Both the position numbers and the translations under genes were made by a program. Positions 46,901-59,300 of a stretch of DNA of 64,000 bases are shown here, in pieces. The DNA comes from Macrostomum hystrix (lineage: Eukaryota; Animalia; Platyhelminthes): NCBI GenBank assembly GCA_950097015.1, contig CATNEN010000012.1:1984001-2048000 (forward strand), written 5' to 3'. The notes below the pieces were generated by a model. The model was not told where the DNA came from. It made no database searches and worked only from the letters and a program-made list of their open reading frames with translations. How positions within the stretch are numbered: position 1 is the stretch's first letter; the number at the start of each line of letters is the position of its first letter.

Positions 46901-49493
46901 GAGTGGGAGAGTCAGAGTGGGGGGGAGAGTCAGAGTGGGAGAGTCAGAGTGGGGGGGGAGAGTCAGAGTGGGGGTGGAGATTCAGAGTGGGAGAGTCAGA
47001 GTGGGGGGGGAGAGTCAGAGTGGGAGAGTCAGAGTGGGAGAGTCAGAGCGGGAGAGGCAGAGTGGGAGATTCAGAGTGGGGGAGAGTCATAGATGGAGAG
47101 TCAGAGTGGGAGAGTCAGAGTGGGAGAGTCAGAGTGGGGGTGGAGATTCAGAGTGGGAGAGTCAGAGTGGGGGGGGAGAGTCATAGAGTGAGAGTCAGAG
47201 TGGGAAGAGTCAGAGTGGGAGAGTCAGAGTGGGGGGGAGAGTCAGAGTGGGGAGAGTCAGAGTGGGAGAGTCAGAGTGGGGGGGGAGAGTCATAGAGTGA
47301 GAGTCAGAGTGGGAAGAGTCAGAGTGGGAGAGTCAGAGTGGGGGGAGAGTCAGAGTGGGAGAGTCAGAGTGGGAGAGTCAGAGTGGGAGAGTCAGAGTGG
47401 GGGTGGAGAGTCATAGAGTGAGAGTCAGAGTGGGAGAGTCAGAGTGGGGGGGGAGTCAGAGTGGGAGAGTCAGAGTGGGAGAAAATATAGTATAGAATTA
47501 CGAGATATCAAGACACTGAGTTAGATTTATCCAAGAAAACAGCATTGCTATGCCCATCTGTGTCCTGTATCCAAGGAGCGTCAAAGGATTTGGACTGGGA
47601 TGTTGCTATCCTCGGCTGGTTATTAAAGGAAGGTGTTTTGCTTAATGAAAATCCGACTGGAAGCTGTCAGGTCTGACACGGCTCTCGACATGTCATTTGA
47701 TATGCGGCCCGCTAATTAGAAGCCGTGTCTATGCTTATCCTGCCACATCCTGTGCTTATCAGCGTCTCAATTCCCTAATTTCATCGCATGGACACACACA
47801 AACGAGGACAGTGTCAGATTACTGGCAATCGGATGTAAAAGCCTATTGACTGAAAAAATATCAATTTGACTAAGGAGACTACAGATATTTCATATCAAAG
47901 CGAGCTCAGTAGGTAGGATGGGGAGAATGATGGTGTCTTTGAGCATGCTTTGACACCTTGGATGCAGCTGAGGCAGATAATTAAAAAAATGAGAAAAATC
48001 TTTTCCTATGCGAGATTATTCTTTTCGAACTCCGTACTTCTCCAACAACGAGATTCACGTGTCATCCCGTGTCCCAGGTACCTTATTTAATATTTAGAAA
48101 TAGATCCGACATTTTTTCCAAGAGTCAGGGTGGTCCACGGTTGCTGGAGGATGTCTGAGGATGTCTGAGGATGTCTGAGGATGTCTGAGGATGTTTTGGA
48201 ATGTCTGAGGATATCTGAGGATATCTGAGGATGTCTTAGGATATCTGAGGATGTCTTAGGATATCTGAGGATGTCTTAGGATATCTGAAAATGTCTGAGG
48301 ATATCTAACGATTTCTGAGGATGTCTGAGAATGTCTGAGGATTTCAGAGGATGTCTGAGGATATCTGAGGATGTCTGAGAATGTCTGAGGATATCTGAGG
48401 ATGTGTGAGAATGTCTGAGGATGTCTGAGGATGTCTGAGGATGTCTGAGGATGTTTTGGAATGTCTGAGGATATCTGAGGATATCTGAGGATGTCTTAGG
48501 ATATCTGAGGATGTCTTAGGATATCTGAGGATGTCTGAGGATGTCTGAGAATGTCTGAGGATGTGTGAGAATGTCTCAGGATGTCTGAGGATATTTCCAA
48601 GGGTGTTCGAGAATTTATAGTTCACGAAGTAAAATGTTATCTTATGTTTTTTTCCAATAGAAAAAGCCTGAATTGTTTTGAAAACAAGTGCTAAAACTAT
48701 AAATAGTATCCACACTTACTACAAGCATTAGTTAAAAATGCATTAGTTTAGAATAATTAATTAATTTTGCTAATGTAGATTCTATATAAATGCTCTTGGT
48801 GAAGTCGGACAGACAAACAGTAACACAGGTAGACAGCCATAAACGCAAACAGTCTGTACTCACCTTTGAGACGATCATTAAGCCTGTCGGACTTGTCTAG
48901 CACCTCCATAGTAGTGCCCTGCTGCTGCTTATAATACTCCGCTTCGCGTTCCAGTACGGCACACTTAGCCGACAGGCGTCGACACTCGTAATCGTCGAGC
49001 TGCTGCTGCTGCTGTTGATTTTCGTCGTCATGGCTATCGATTTCATAACGATTGGCGCAAGCAGTATTGCTGTCGTTGAGCAGATCGGTTTCACGAATTA
49101 GCGGAGTCGGAAACTTACTACTGTTAGTAGCTGAATGAGCAGTGCAGGCGGAGTTGACGATTGAAGAAGCGACAGAAGCGACAGGGCCAAGCGAGACTGG
49201 AGTGGATGAGCGTCCGCCGTCCGAGTCCTGATCCGGTTCGGCGGTTGGGAAGCCGGAATCCGTCGTACTGGAGGTCGGCAGCTTCGACGATGCCGCAGCG
49301 TTAGACGCAGCCGACATCGCGGAAGAAGACGCCGAAGCTGACGTTGACATAGATATTGCGGGAACGGCTGTCGTTGTGGTCCGCGATACCGATGCTGCAG
49401 TTGACAGCGGGAGCAGCGGCGGAGACGGGGAAGAATCGCGACGATGAATCGACTTAGAGTACGGACAGGGCATGGCGCTCGGGTGGCGCTCAT
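29153..49493 (-). CDS. DLG5: Discs large 5 MAGUK (coiled coil, 4 PDZ, SH3, GUK); exons 49493-48864, 37464-36971, 36453-35854, 35578-34199, 34122-33685, 33173-31649, 29262-29153
   Basis: Coiled coil VMSERADVHEEI...QRDWALQQR...LRNLCEQLRSERDQAV; PDZ1 GSQADGRLRVND; RIRIPS; PDZ3 DK|GSEPLGIRI; PDZ4 LGFSFVGGSETGILVSEV; SH3 LLTFRQHDVLLVTDT...WWFAWLLD; GUK PRPVAILGPL...YPIVLLLRYRNHKLVKE; terminal CIQGG...DQNSPIWI. All junctions GT-AG and phase-consistent. The 48864-to-37464 join is less certain than the rest. Confidence 0.9.
29440..30400. repeat. 56-bp minisatellite with two subtypes, DLG5 last intron
   Basis: Subtype 1 ~29560-29930, subtype 2 ~29920-30240; shared ACGATTCTTGGG(T/C)AGATTCCT. Confidence 0.9.
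31030..31630. repeat. ~48-bp minisatellite with an internal palindrome (ATCCCAAATTGGGAT)
   Basis: Direct inspection; abuts the DLG5 donor at 31648. Confidence 0.9.
33340..33545. repeat. 22-bp minisatellite (ACCGACGAACTTCTACACGAGA)n, DLG5 intron
   Basis: Direct inspection. Confidence 0.85.
35605..35808. repeat. 20-bp minisatellite (AATTAGTCATACAGTATTCT)n, DLG5 intron
   Basis: Direct inspection. Confidence 0.9.
38470..39235. repeat. 33/34-bp minisatellite (GGATCTTGGCCAGTTGGGATTTTGG...)n
   Basis: Direct inspection. Confidence 0.9.
39860..40170. repeat. 20-bp minisatellite (GTTAGACAGGCTGTATATCT)n
   Basis: Direct inspection. Confidence 0.9.
40990..41800. repeat. 25-bp minisatellite (GAATTCACATCGAGAATCCATCAGG)n
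   Basis: Direct inspection. Confidence 0.95.
41895..42520. repeat. 52-bp minisatellite related to the adjacent 25-mer
   Basis: AGAGAATCCAAACAGGGAATTCCCACTTAGAAATAACCAGAGAACTCCCATC. Confidence 0.92.
42615..42717 (-). CDS. DLG5: Candidate alternative first exon of DLG5 ([34 protein letters not shown])
   Basis: ATG, poly-Ala from a GCT repeat, strong |GTGAGT donor, phase 1 compatible with the acceptor at 37464. Confidence 0.4.
43597..43908. repeat. 41-bp minisatellite, ~7.6 units, each with TGACTCA
   Basis: ATTCCCCGTGCATGACTCATTCGGTATTCAATAAAACTGGA. Confidence 0.95.
43975..44815. repeat. 30-bp minisatellite (GATAATGACCGATTCCATGATTAAGAGTGG)n
   Basis: Direct inspection. Confidence 0.95.
46055..47480. 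repeat. G-rich 13-bp-based minisatellite (CAGAGTGGGAGAG/TT) with variable G runs
   Basis: Direct inspection. Confidence 0.95.
48147..48595. repeat. 10-bp minisatellite (GGATGTCTGA)n
   Basis: Direct inspection. Confidence 0.95.
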
Positions 49494-51244
49494 CTGCGAA
49501 TTAGAGGGGCCAAAGAATTTTTGGAGAACGGGAAACTAACAATGTTACTGTTAGTAGGAAAATAAAAACATTTGACATTTGACCTACCCTAAAGCAATGC
49601 GTGAATTGGAAAAATATAATCAAGTGCACACCAAGCATGAAATTCACAACCGATCTATAAATTGATTCGCTTCTCAAGCCTCGAGGCATTGTTCTTATAA
49701 CATTATCCCAGTGTTAATGACACACATTTGCAATCAATAAGGTGAGCTTAATCATAAAAAATCGACTATGGAAGCTCAGGTGCAAGTACGAGTATCTTGG
49801 GAGAGATAACAAAGGCTAGAAAATATTGGATCGAAAATATCACTGCAGGGGGAACAAAAAAAACATAAAATTTCTTCTAAAGAAGTGAGAGATAAGGATT
49901 TATTTTCTACCATCCTGAATATGAAATTATCCTCTTTTGCTTACGGTCTTCAAATTCAACAAAATTGCAAGCATAATGCCAAAGGCAGTTTATTTAAATA
50001 GAAAAGTACAGTCCCTAAATGGCTTGAAAGAGCCGGAGCTTGATTTGGCTGCGAAACAGTCGATGGCATCGAGTAGTTACTTAAGCTAATTTTTTTAGCC
50101 GAACAGAAGAAGAAAGGCTCAACATTACTCGAAGATTCCTTCGAGCTTTAAAGCATAATCAGCAGAATGGGTTTTCGACTAGGTCGAATTCGGACTCGAA
50201 GATGAACCGAGGTCGAAGCTGTTATTTCTTAGTCAAAGGCGTTTTGTATAACGTTTTAGAGCTAGACGATTATGAGCAATAGAAAATTCGGACACTATCT
50301 ACATTACACATTAATTATTAATTAGTCCTTATTTAACAAGATTCAACTAGAAGCCTGTGCTTTGCAGGTTGGCCGATTAGAAACTAACCAAGTTTCCAAA
50401 TCGCTATCGCCAACTCCAAGCTGAACCCACGGACAGCATGAACACAGGACTCATTTATCCAAAGGAAGTTTTCTGTCAGGCCCACGGATACTGCTCCTCA
50501 CGCGGACTTCTCCGCTTCCTCGCCGATCCCAAGCAGCAAGCGTCCGTTTATGATGACCCGATCATCTCCCTCTTGCCCCCCACCGTCAGCTCTCTTCCCC
50601 ACTTTTTCTTCATCCCTTCCGGCCTAACTGTGCTGCGTCACTGGCCCCTCCTTCTTTTGGTGACGGCCGACAGACAGGGAGCGAGGAGAAGAGGGCATCA
50701 CGGAGGACCTGCCCCGATCTCTATTCTCGCCGCGCTCATGATTCCCACTGACTATGCATGTGCATCGTGAGACTGCTAAGAAAGAAAGACTTTTTTCTTC
50801 ATTTTTTCTAAACTTCCAGCTTGGTACCTGCCTACAAAGAGTTGCGCGCAGCAGCGTTACTCCAAATTCCAATCTTTTACTTCATTTGCGTACGTGACCT
50901 CTTGAGAGGACTCAACTCAAAATGAGTAGGGGCAACGGGATGAGGCCTTAAAGAGCTAGGGGAATCGAGACAGAAATTACGGACTAACGCTTAATGAAGC
51001 CCTTTGAAGGGGCCTTTTGCAAAAAAGAAAACTTTCTAAGACTTTGTACGAGGAACAGCCCGACGGTGGATCTCATTTAAGTTGGGTCGTTGAGCTAAGC
51101 CATATTGCTGCTAGGTTTAAATCTTGCAATGTTTAGTTTATTAACAAGATTGTGATTATTATAGCTACATGTGCAAAGTCGGCAAAATAAAATGAAAGAT
51201 TGGACAGAAAAAAAACACCGTAAATGGAAAAATCAGCAAGGAGA

Positions 51245-51907
51245 CCTTTCATCATAGATAAGGAAGAACAGAGACCTCCGTTCATGGGTCAGCAAGAACA
51301 GAGACAATCCCATCATGGTTCACCAAGAACAGAGGCCTTCCATCATGGGTCAGCAAGAAGAGAGACAATCACATCATGGGTCACCAAGAACAGAGGCCTT
51401 CCATCATGGTTCACCAAGAACAGAGGCCTTCCATCATGGGTCACCAAGAACAGAGGTCTTCCATCATGGGTCACCAAGAACAGAGGCCTTCCATCATGGG
51501 TCACCAAGAACAGAGGCCTTCCATCATGGGTCACCAAGAACAGAGGCCTTCCATCATGGGTCACCAAGAACAGAGGCCTTCCATCATGGTTCACCAAGAA
51601 CAGAGGCCTTCCATCATGGGTCACCAAGAACAGAGGCCTTCCATCATGGGTCACCAAGAACAGAGGCCTTCCATCATGGGTCACCAAGAACAGAGGCCTT
51701 CCATCATGGGTCACCAAGAACAGAGGCCTTCCATCATGGTTCACCAAGAACAGAGGCCTTCCATCATGGGTCACCAAGAACAGAGGCCTTCCATCATGGG
51801 TCACCAAGAACAGAGGCCTTCCATCATGGTTCACCAAGAACAGAGGCCTTCCATCATGGGTCACCAAGAACAGAGGCCTTCCATCATGGGTCACCAAGAA
51901 CAGAGAC
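51245..51907. repeat. 30-bp near-perfect minisatellite (CCTTCCATCATGGGTCACCAAGAACAGAGG)n
   Basis: Direct inspection. Confidence 0.95.
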
Positions 51908-54900
51908 CTAAAAAGTACATATAACTGACGAGCATCGTCGAGCATGAAAGTGTCACTCTAAACTGTATTTTGTAGAAACAGAAAATCTATAAGACACAAT
52001 ACAAAGAGCAACTGGGTGACTGGCCCACAAGCTTGATCGAGCCCCATGCAACCCACCGCAGTCGAACGCCAATCTAAGCGTAGGATACACAAGGAAACAC
52101 TAAAGAGAATCCAGTAGGCTTGATAAATCCAGGTGAAGGGCGAATAATAGTCGCCGCGTAAGGCGACGACCTTTAAATTGGGAATTCTAAAATGGATCTT
52201 GCGTCCACCTGGAAAATATTTGTCGCTGAACGACGGATAAATATTACTTGGTCCTCGGCTTATCAGGACCGATTTCTGCACATTTTAAGAATGAAAAGAA
52301 CGATTGGATTCAATCAGATCTTCTTAGATTAAACATGGTCGCATAAACAGTCCTACATTGAATATAATCAGTATATACGCTCGTAAGCTCACTTCAAGTC
52401 GCTTTACTTGACTTGAAAGTAAATTGAGTTTGGTTTTTTCTGAAGTCGATAGCAAATAGAGCAGCAAACAATCCAAGCGACTCAAGCTTAGATTGGGTAG
52501 AGAGAGCGGACAATCTGCAACGCCTATTTCATCCCATTTGCTTAGCAATTGAAGCATGAAAATAAGAGATGGAGAGGCAGAGAGGAGGAGCACGTATTAC
52601 AAGTGATTTCCCCACGATTTGTCCGGGCGGGAGCGCCATTGGGAAGAGATTAGCCAAACTACGTTTTAACACGCACGCAATGCTAACTAGAGTCAAACGG
52701 AATGAGAAAATACGTACAAGCATAGCTAGGGCGATTGCAGCGAATAGATTCTGAATAGATTCTGAATAATGATGGGGCACGCAACAGCTTGTGAAAATTA
52801 TACATCTGCATAATATATCAGTTATTTTTGTAAATTAAGGACATAGTGCGCGGACTTGGAAGTAGGCAGATGACAGATAAATCACAGTAGGAGAAGAGAA
52901 TCCGATGGAACGAGCGAAATTCAAGTCATGTGGACCTACTATCCATCTTTGCGCAAGCAGAACACGGCAGATAGCCAAGGGAGGGTGACAAGCGGAAAAT
53001 TAATTTGTGGGACGGTAAGCATGCATTCTGATTCTCGTAACATCTGATCACACGAAAATTAAGAGAGATAGGCCAGAGGTCATTGCCGACGTTTTTTATC
53101 ACAATAGCAAACCGATATGTATCGAAATAGTTGAACTAAGGCAAAAGTTTTAGTAAACCGAAGAGTTATTTTTTCAACTCAAACGGCAATGCTGGGGAAG
53201 CTCATGAGATTCGATTAGCTGCAAAGGGATTAAGAAGGACGATAGGAGAAGGCTGATGTAATTCTCGTGTTAACCAATAGAAATAAGAGACGAAAGAAAT
53301 GGAAAAGCAGAAGATAGCCGAAGAGTAAAGAGAGAAAATGCGGAGGGAACGAAGCTCGAACGAAATTCGGGGCAAGGATGGAAAGAGGGTCGCTGCATGG
53401 AATGGAGACGAGACCATGGTAGACTAGCTGGAAAATTGCCCAATTGAGTTGGTAATTGGATTATTGGACATTCCCACCTACCAGCGGCAAGGCCTTAATC
53501 TACCATATTCTTTTTCTTCTTCTATCGACTTTCTATTTCTTGAATTTCTAAATTTTTAGACGAAACCTCGTGTGAGTCAGAGCGCCTAACTAGCGTGCAG
53601 CTAGGTTCGCTCCATCTATCAATCCGTCCCTCTAGTCCCTGTCCAATGCATAATCAAGCTGATTGCCTTTTAGCTATTCCTGGCCCACCTCCGTCGCCCC
53701 TATATAAAGAGAAAACAGTTAACTCGTTGTCGCGCCGAGTACGGAACGGGCGAATATGGCAGGAGAAGCCAAGCCAGCAATAGGAAAGTAGCTCAAGGCC
53801 ATCTATGGGTACGTAGAAACGAAAGGAAGAAGACTGAAATGGGAGTTAGGAGAAAACGAGAAGCCAAGAAAGAGGAGATACGAGAGGGGTTGGCAGAAAG
53901 AGAGATCATTTTTTGGCTTAGTATTTAGTAACTGGAGCGATAAGCAAGCAGCTAGACTGTATCACGCGAGCACGCACCGCAAGTATTCAGATCTGATCAC
54001 ACGCGCATGAAGAAAGGGAATCTTTTTAAAAGACAGAGCGAAAAAAAGAGACATCAGTAAATTGGATTTCAGACGCAGAGAAACTGAGCTGTTCTGAATA
54101 TGGTTGAAATCTAAAAGCAGCTGGACTGTCTTAGAGAGTGTGTGCACTGTATTTTTTCCTTTCTTTTATTAAATCGCTCGCTCGCTTGGTTTTTTAGCGA
54201 AGGCAGTCTTTAGGGATTGGAAATTCTGGCGCAGCAGCAGCAGGAGCAGCAGGAAGAAGCAGAGGAAAGGAATGAAGGCAGTAAGTAGAATAAGGATGCG
54301 GACTGTTGGTCGAGCGGGAGTTCCAGAAGACGACACTGCTTCTCGCAGTCCGTTAATCTGGGGTGGCGCATTTCCCTTTTCATAAGCTTTGCGTGCTTAT
54401 CGCCACTGGCTCAGCTTCCTTCCTTCCCTTCATTCTTTTCTAAGCCCGTTTCGGGGCGCGTTGACAAATCGTATAAGTCTCGCCTTAACTCTCGTTCGAG
54501 CCGTCGCTTTAACACTATTCATGCCACTATTTACTTTGTTACTATTAATAACGATCTCTTCTGCTGTGCTATATTTCAGATGCCATTGCTCTTCTCAGCT
54601 ATCGGACTTCGCTAAGCCATTTACTGTCTTCCGGCCTTATCACTTAGGCTACACCGTCCTTAACTCTCCTACTTGTCTGTCTAGGGGATGCGATCAACCC
54701 CGCAAAACAGGATGGACGGGCATCGATCAAGGTCGAGGGCTGGAGTTGGAGTCCAGATCGAGAAGCGATTTGGCAACGGAGAGAGCGTGACGGTGACTTA
54801 GAGACGCTAAGGACGATCTTTCTTTAAAGAGAAAAACTCAAGCAAGAAAGCTTGCTGCTGTGCACAAAATCGACCAAGAGCAGACCGGCGATCGTTAGCA

Positions 54901-55059
54901 AACCAGACGCCAGATAATTTCATGGATTTCTAATTCGGCAAACACAAACACAACTTCTTTAAGGTTCCAGTGACCATGTGTCGTAAAATATGCCGCGGTG
55001 CATTGTGCATAGCAGCTCTTCAATATCTTTTAGAGCACTCAATCAAAATATAAATGCAT

Positions 55060-55190
55060 AGCTCGATTCGTCTCAAAATGAGTCGCCTGATCGTTCTCAA
55101 AATGAGTCGCTCAATCCGTCTCAAAACAAGTCGCTCAATCCGTCTCAAAACAAGTCGCTCAATCCGTCTGAAAGTGAGTTGCTCAATCAA
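55060..55190. repeat. 24-bp short tandem repeat (GTCGCTCAATCCGTCTCAAAA...)
   Basis: ~5 degenerate units. Confidence 0.75.
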
Positions 55191-56222
55191 TTTGTTACTA
55201 TGTCTATCGACTGTTCTCTTCATCAGTTGCTCGATTAGTTCAGCTAAGCTTCAGAATGGGCCCAATATGAGCTCTTTTTAATTTTTAGAATTCATCATTT
55301 TTTAATGCAGAGAAACCATTTACTGTCAAAGCCAACCGCTACGAAGCTAAACTGCGTAGCAAGGAGTTTTTAGCTAAAAGAATAGAGAAAACGTCAAGCG
55401 CGATCAACACATGTCTGGACTCTAGACACCCGCCCCACACCCGATCTCCCACCAGACAATAAAGCCAGCCTTCACCCAGCAACACTTGCTCCCCAAATAG
55501 ACTTCTTCTCATGCACACTGGTAAATCACCGGTGCGCGCCTTTGGAGGCGAGAGAGAAAAGCGAGAGCGACTGAGTGAGAGAGAGAACTGACACGGTAAG
55601 AGAGTTCTGCAGATGAGTGAGGCAGGGGCGTTACAGCAGGCCTCGCAAACCGCTACCCTCCACACTCCACCCCGCTTAGCGATTTCCTCGGATCCCATTA
55701 CTGACTGCGCCCCGCAATGTCGCAGTATGGAATGAAGCAGAGCGTGACGCCGGCGCAGGGGAGGGAGCAGGCTTAGAAGCCTGTTCTTCACACAGACGCC
55801 AGAAGGTCCTCGGTCGGAAAATGACGAGAGAGTGGCAATTGGGAGAGGTGAACTACATATTTTTCGTGCGCGCGTTTTTATCATTTCTCCCACGATAGTC
55901 TGGGAGATGATGACAACAGACTCAGTAGGGTTAACCAGAAAATTAGCTTTTAAGAAAGTTTGAAAATAGTTTTTTAAGCGAGCCTGATTGCTCGCGTGGA
56001 AATTCACAGACGACGTTAAAAAAGAACAACTGAACGAGCTATGCATCCACTATTGCAATCACTTAGAGCACTACCTAGCTCTACGAACTTGAAGCTAAAA
56101 ATCTAAAACGTTCTGATGATGAAGTGGTCTAGCCTTGTACAGAATCACTTAAAGTGCTCAAAACGGAAAAAATCGCCTTGTCTTGGAAGGAAGTTTGTCC
56201 ACTTGCCCCAGAACAGTTAGCT

Positions 56223-56467
56223 GAGTAGGGATGTAGTGAATAAGGAGAACTGGAGCTTGTATGTTCTTATGACCTGTGTGCATAACAGAGAACTGATCAG
56301 TTAGTTGAGTAGGGATGTAGTGAATAAGGAGAACTGGGGCTTGTATGTTCTTATGACCTGTGTGCATAACAGAGAACTGATCAGTTAGTTGAGTAGGGAT
56401 GTAGTGAATAAGGAGAACTCGAGCTTATATGTTCTTATGACCTGTGTGCATAACAGAGAACTGATCA
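56223..56467. repeat. 84-bp tandem triplication
   Basis: GAGTAGGGATGTAG at 56223, 56307, 56391. Confidence 0.9.
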
Positions 56468-56664
56468 GGTGCACTTTCAAGAGCTTAAGGACCGAGATAG
56501 GATAATCGCAGATATTCGAAGCCGATAGATCAGCTGGTGCCGCTTGTTGAAGATCCAGGACTAAATACACCCGAAGTGAAGGCGAGTAGATACCCAAGTT
56601 TGAGATGATGCAGACACATGTGCTACACATGTACAGGGTGTACTAAATGCACCAGCATTTAAGA

Positions 56665-56835
56665 GGGGGTGTGGCAGAGCGACTAACGCGTATGCCTCTC
56701 GCACCAAGGTCTCTGAGCTCACATTAATTTGATAGTTTCGATAGTAATTTGATAAAGATAACTTGGGGACTTGTCGTACAATTTACGCACATGAAGGACC
56801 AACCCCTAAGATCTGTGTATGTGCCTGTGTACAGT
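56665..56835 (+). mobile_element. SINE family B copy 3 (retains tRNA-like head, internally deleted)
   Basis: A-box-like TGGCAGAGCGA; CTCTCGCACCAAGGTC-CTGAGCTC and AACTTGGGGACTTGTCGTACAATTTAC shared with copy 2. Confidence 0.6.
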
Positions 56836-56864
56836 ATCGGTATGCCTGACTATTCAAGGCTTAC

Positions 56865-57045
56865 CGTAGGCGAATCGCCTACTAACGCAATGCGCCACAT
56901 CTGCCCGCCGGGTTGTTCGCCGCTGACGCCGCTGACGTCGTTGAGCAGCTTCGCCAACCGCGGCAGCCGCAATAGCCAGTAATTCTTCGTCGCAATTGTC
57001 GTCGTTGTCAGAATTGATGCCAAAATCTTGCATCTTAGATGGCAT
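56865..57045 (-). CDS. DLG5: Probable first coding exon of DLG5 (MPSKMQDFGINSDNDD...RRFAY)
   Basis: ATG-initiated, ends at G|GTAAGC, phase 1, matching the phase-1 acceptor at 49493; CCAAT boxes ~450 bp upstream. Confidence 0.5.
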
Positions 57046-57429
57046 AGCAAAACTCTACTAGCTATGGAAATCTATTACTACGCCTTTTTCCTATGTGTAT
57101 TCCAACAGCTGCCGTAGTACACTCGCGAGGAGCACACGGGCGCTAGGCACGGATGAGCAGCAGTGAGTTGGCGGGGAAAAACACAAAGATATGCGCCGGC
57201 GTGTGGGTCGCGGGCGCACCTCAATCTTCCGTGAGAATTTTTTTCCACTTTTTTCTCTCTCGCTCTACTACTCGCTTCTACATCTCTCCTTGATTGCTGC
57301 CAGGGCTGAGGCTGCGGAGGAAGAGACACTGAACGAGGCCGAGCTCTCTTTTGCCCGTAGAAATGCGGCAGCACCTAGGCTGAGCTGGGGCTGCGTGGAC
57401 GGAGACGAGATAGCGCTGCTGTGAGCGGG

Positions 57430-57525
57430 ATTTGCCAATATCCGACAGGCGGGAGACGAGGAGAGCTGTTGCAAACACGAGCATTGGCCCTCTGAGAGCG
57501 GCCAAATCCCATTGGTCCAATCTAG
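57430..57525 (-). promoter_or_regulatory. CCAAT-box cluster, probable DLG5 promoter
   Basis: CCAAT/ATTGG at ~57434, 57483, 57511, 57517 in a GC-rich unique segment upstream of the 57045 ATG. Confidence 0.35.
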
Positions 57526-58034
57526 CTTAGTGACGATCCAGAAACGCAGAGGATAGTAGATTATCAGGGAGACTGTCAGGGATCGAAATGTGGATTTTCA
57601 AGGGGAAGAGAAGTGACAGAGGGAGGCCATCAAGAAAGTGATATGCTCAGGGACGCATCTCACTCACTCACTTTTCCTGAGAGCACTACTATGCTCCCCG
57701 ATCTGGATATTGGTCCGACATCTCGAACGAGCCTGTCAAACAAATTGCACTTGGACTTGGAAGGAGAAAAAACTAGTTGGACAGGAAGCCGCAGTTGCAT
57801 TTTGGGGGTTTAGTAAGAAAACAGCCAGACAGACTTAGACAGGGAGATAATAAGGCAGAGTAAATCCCCATCCAAGGCTACCTACTAGGTTTTGAGTTTA
57901 CACTGACTTCACTCTCAGAGCTGGTCTTCTCAGAATACTGCTCAAATGCAATTAAATTGAAAAAAAAATACAGCAAAGCCGACAAGATCAGCCAGCGTTT
58001 TTTGGCAACTTTAAACTGAAATTTCTGTTTCTGA

Positions 58035-59300
58035 AAATCAGGATCTGAGGGAAACTGCTGAAACTCAGGATCTGAAGGAAACTGCTGAAACTGATGACCT
58101 GAGGGAAACTGATGAAACTGAGGATCTGAGGGAAACTGATGAAACTCAGGATCTGAGGGAAACTGTTGAAACTCAGGATCTGAAGGAAACTGCTGAAACT
58201 GATGACCTGAGGGAAACTGATGAAACTGAGGATCTGAGGGAAACTGATGAAACTCAGGATCTGAGTGAAACTGTTGAAACTCAGGATCTGAAGGAAACTG
58301 CTGAAACTGATGACCTGAGGAAAACTGATGAAACTGAGGATCTGAGGGAAACTGATGAAACTGATGACCTGAGGAAAACTGATGAAACTGAGGATCTGAG
58401 GGAAACTGATGAAACTGAGGATCTGAGGGAAACTGCTGAAACTGAGGAGCTGAGGGAAACTGCTGAAACTGATGACCTGAGGGAAACTGCTGAAACTGAT
58501 GACCTGAAGGAAACTGCTGAAACTGATGACCTGAGGAAAACTGATGAAACTGAGGATCTGAGGGAAACTGCTGAAACTGATGACCTGAAGGAAACTGCTG
58601 AAACTGATGACCTGAGGAAAACTGATGAAACTGATGACCTGAGGGAAACTGCTGAAACTGATGACCTGAAGGAAACTGCTGAAACTGATGACCTGAGGAA
58701 AACTGATGAAACTGAGGATCTGAGGGAAACTGATGAAACTGAGGATCTGAGGGAAACTGCTGAAACTGAGGAGCTGAGGGAAACTGCTGAAACTGATGAC
58801 CTGAGGGAAACTGCTGAAACTGATGACCTGAAGGAAACTGCTGAAACTGATGACCTGAGGAAAACTGATGAAACTGAGGATCTGAGGGAAACTGATGAAA
58901 CTGAGGATCTGAGGGAAACTGCTGAAAATGAGGAGCTGAGGGAAACTGCTGAAACTGATGACCTGAGGGAAACTGCTGAAACTGAGGATCTGAAGGAAAC
59001 TGCTGAAACTGATGACCTGAGGAAAACTGATGAAAATGAGGAGCTGAGGGAAACTGCTGAAACTGATGACCTGAGGGAAACTGCTGAAACTGAGGATCTG
59101 AAGGAAACTGCTGAAACTGATGACCTGAGGGAAACTGATGAAACTCAAGATCTGAGTGAAACTGATGAAACTGATGACCTGAGGGAAACTGATGAAACTG
59201 AGGATCTGAGGGAAACTGCTTAAACTCAGGATCTGAAGGAAACTGCTGAAACTGAGGATCTGAGGGAAACTGCTGAAACTCAAGATCTGAGTGAAACTCC
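58035..59300. repeat. 27-bp minisatellite (GAAACTGCTGAAACTGAGGATCTGAGG)n
   Basis: Direct inspection; open in two minus frames and one plus frame. Confidence 0.95.

Noticed and set aside
40896-47295. Repeat ORFs (EFTSRIHQG..., MTDSMIKSGI, ESQSGRVRVG)
   Set aside because: Intronic arrays antisense to or within DLG5, open in several frames, with no splice or unique-domain support
51224-51945. Four overlapping ORFs over the 30-bp array
   Set aside because: The unit simply lacks stops in several frames; no flanking gene signals
50438-54830. Unique-looking intronic segments that may be decayed retroelements, including hairpin GTCGCC-GCGTAA-GGCGAC near 52160
   Set aside because: No diagnostic motifs or second copy in the window
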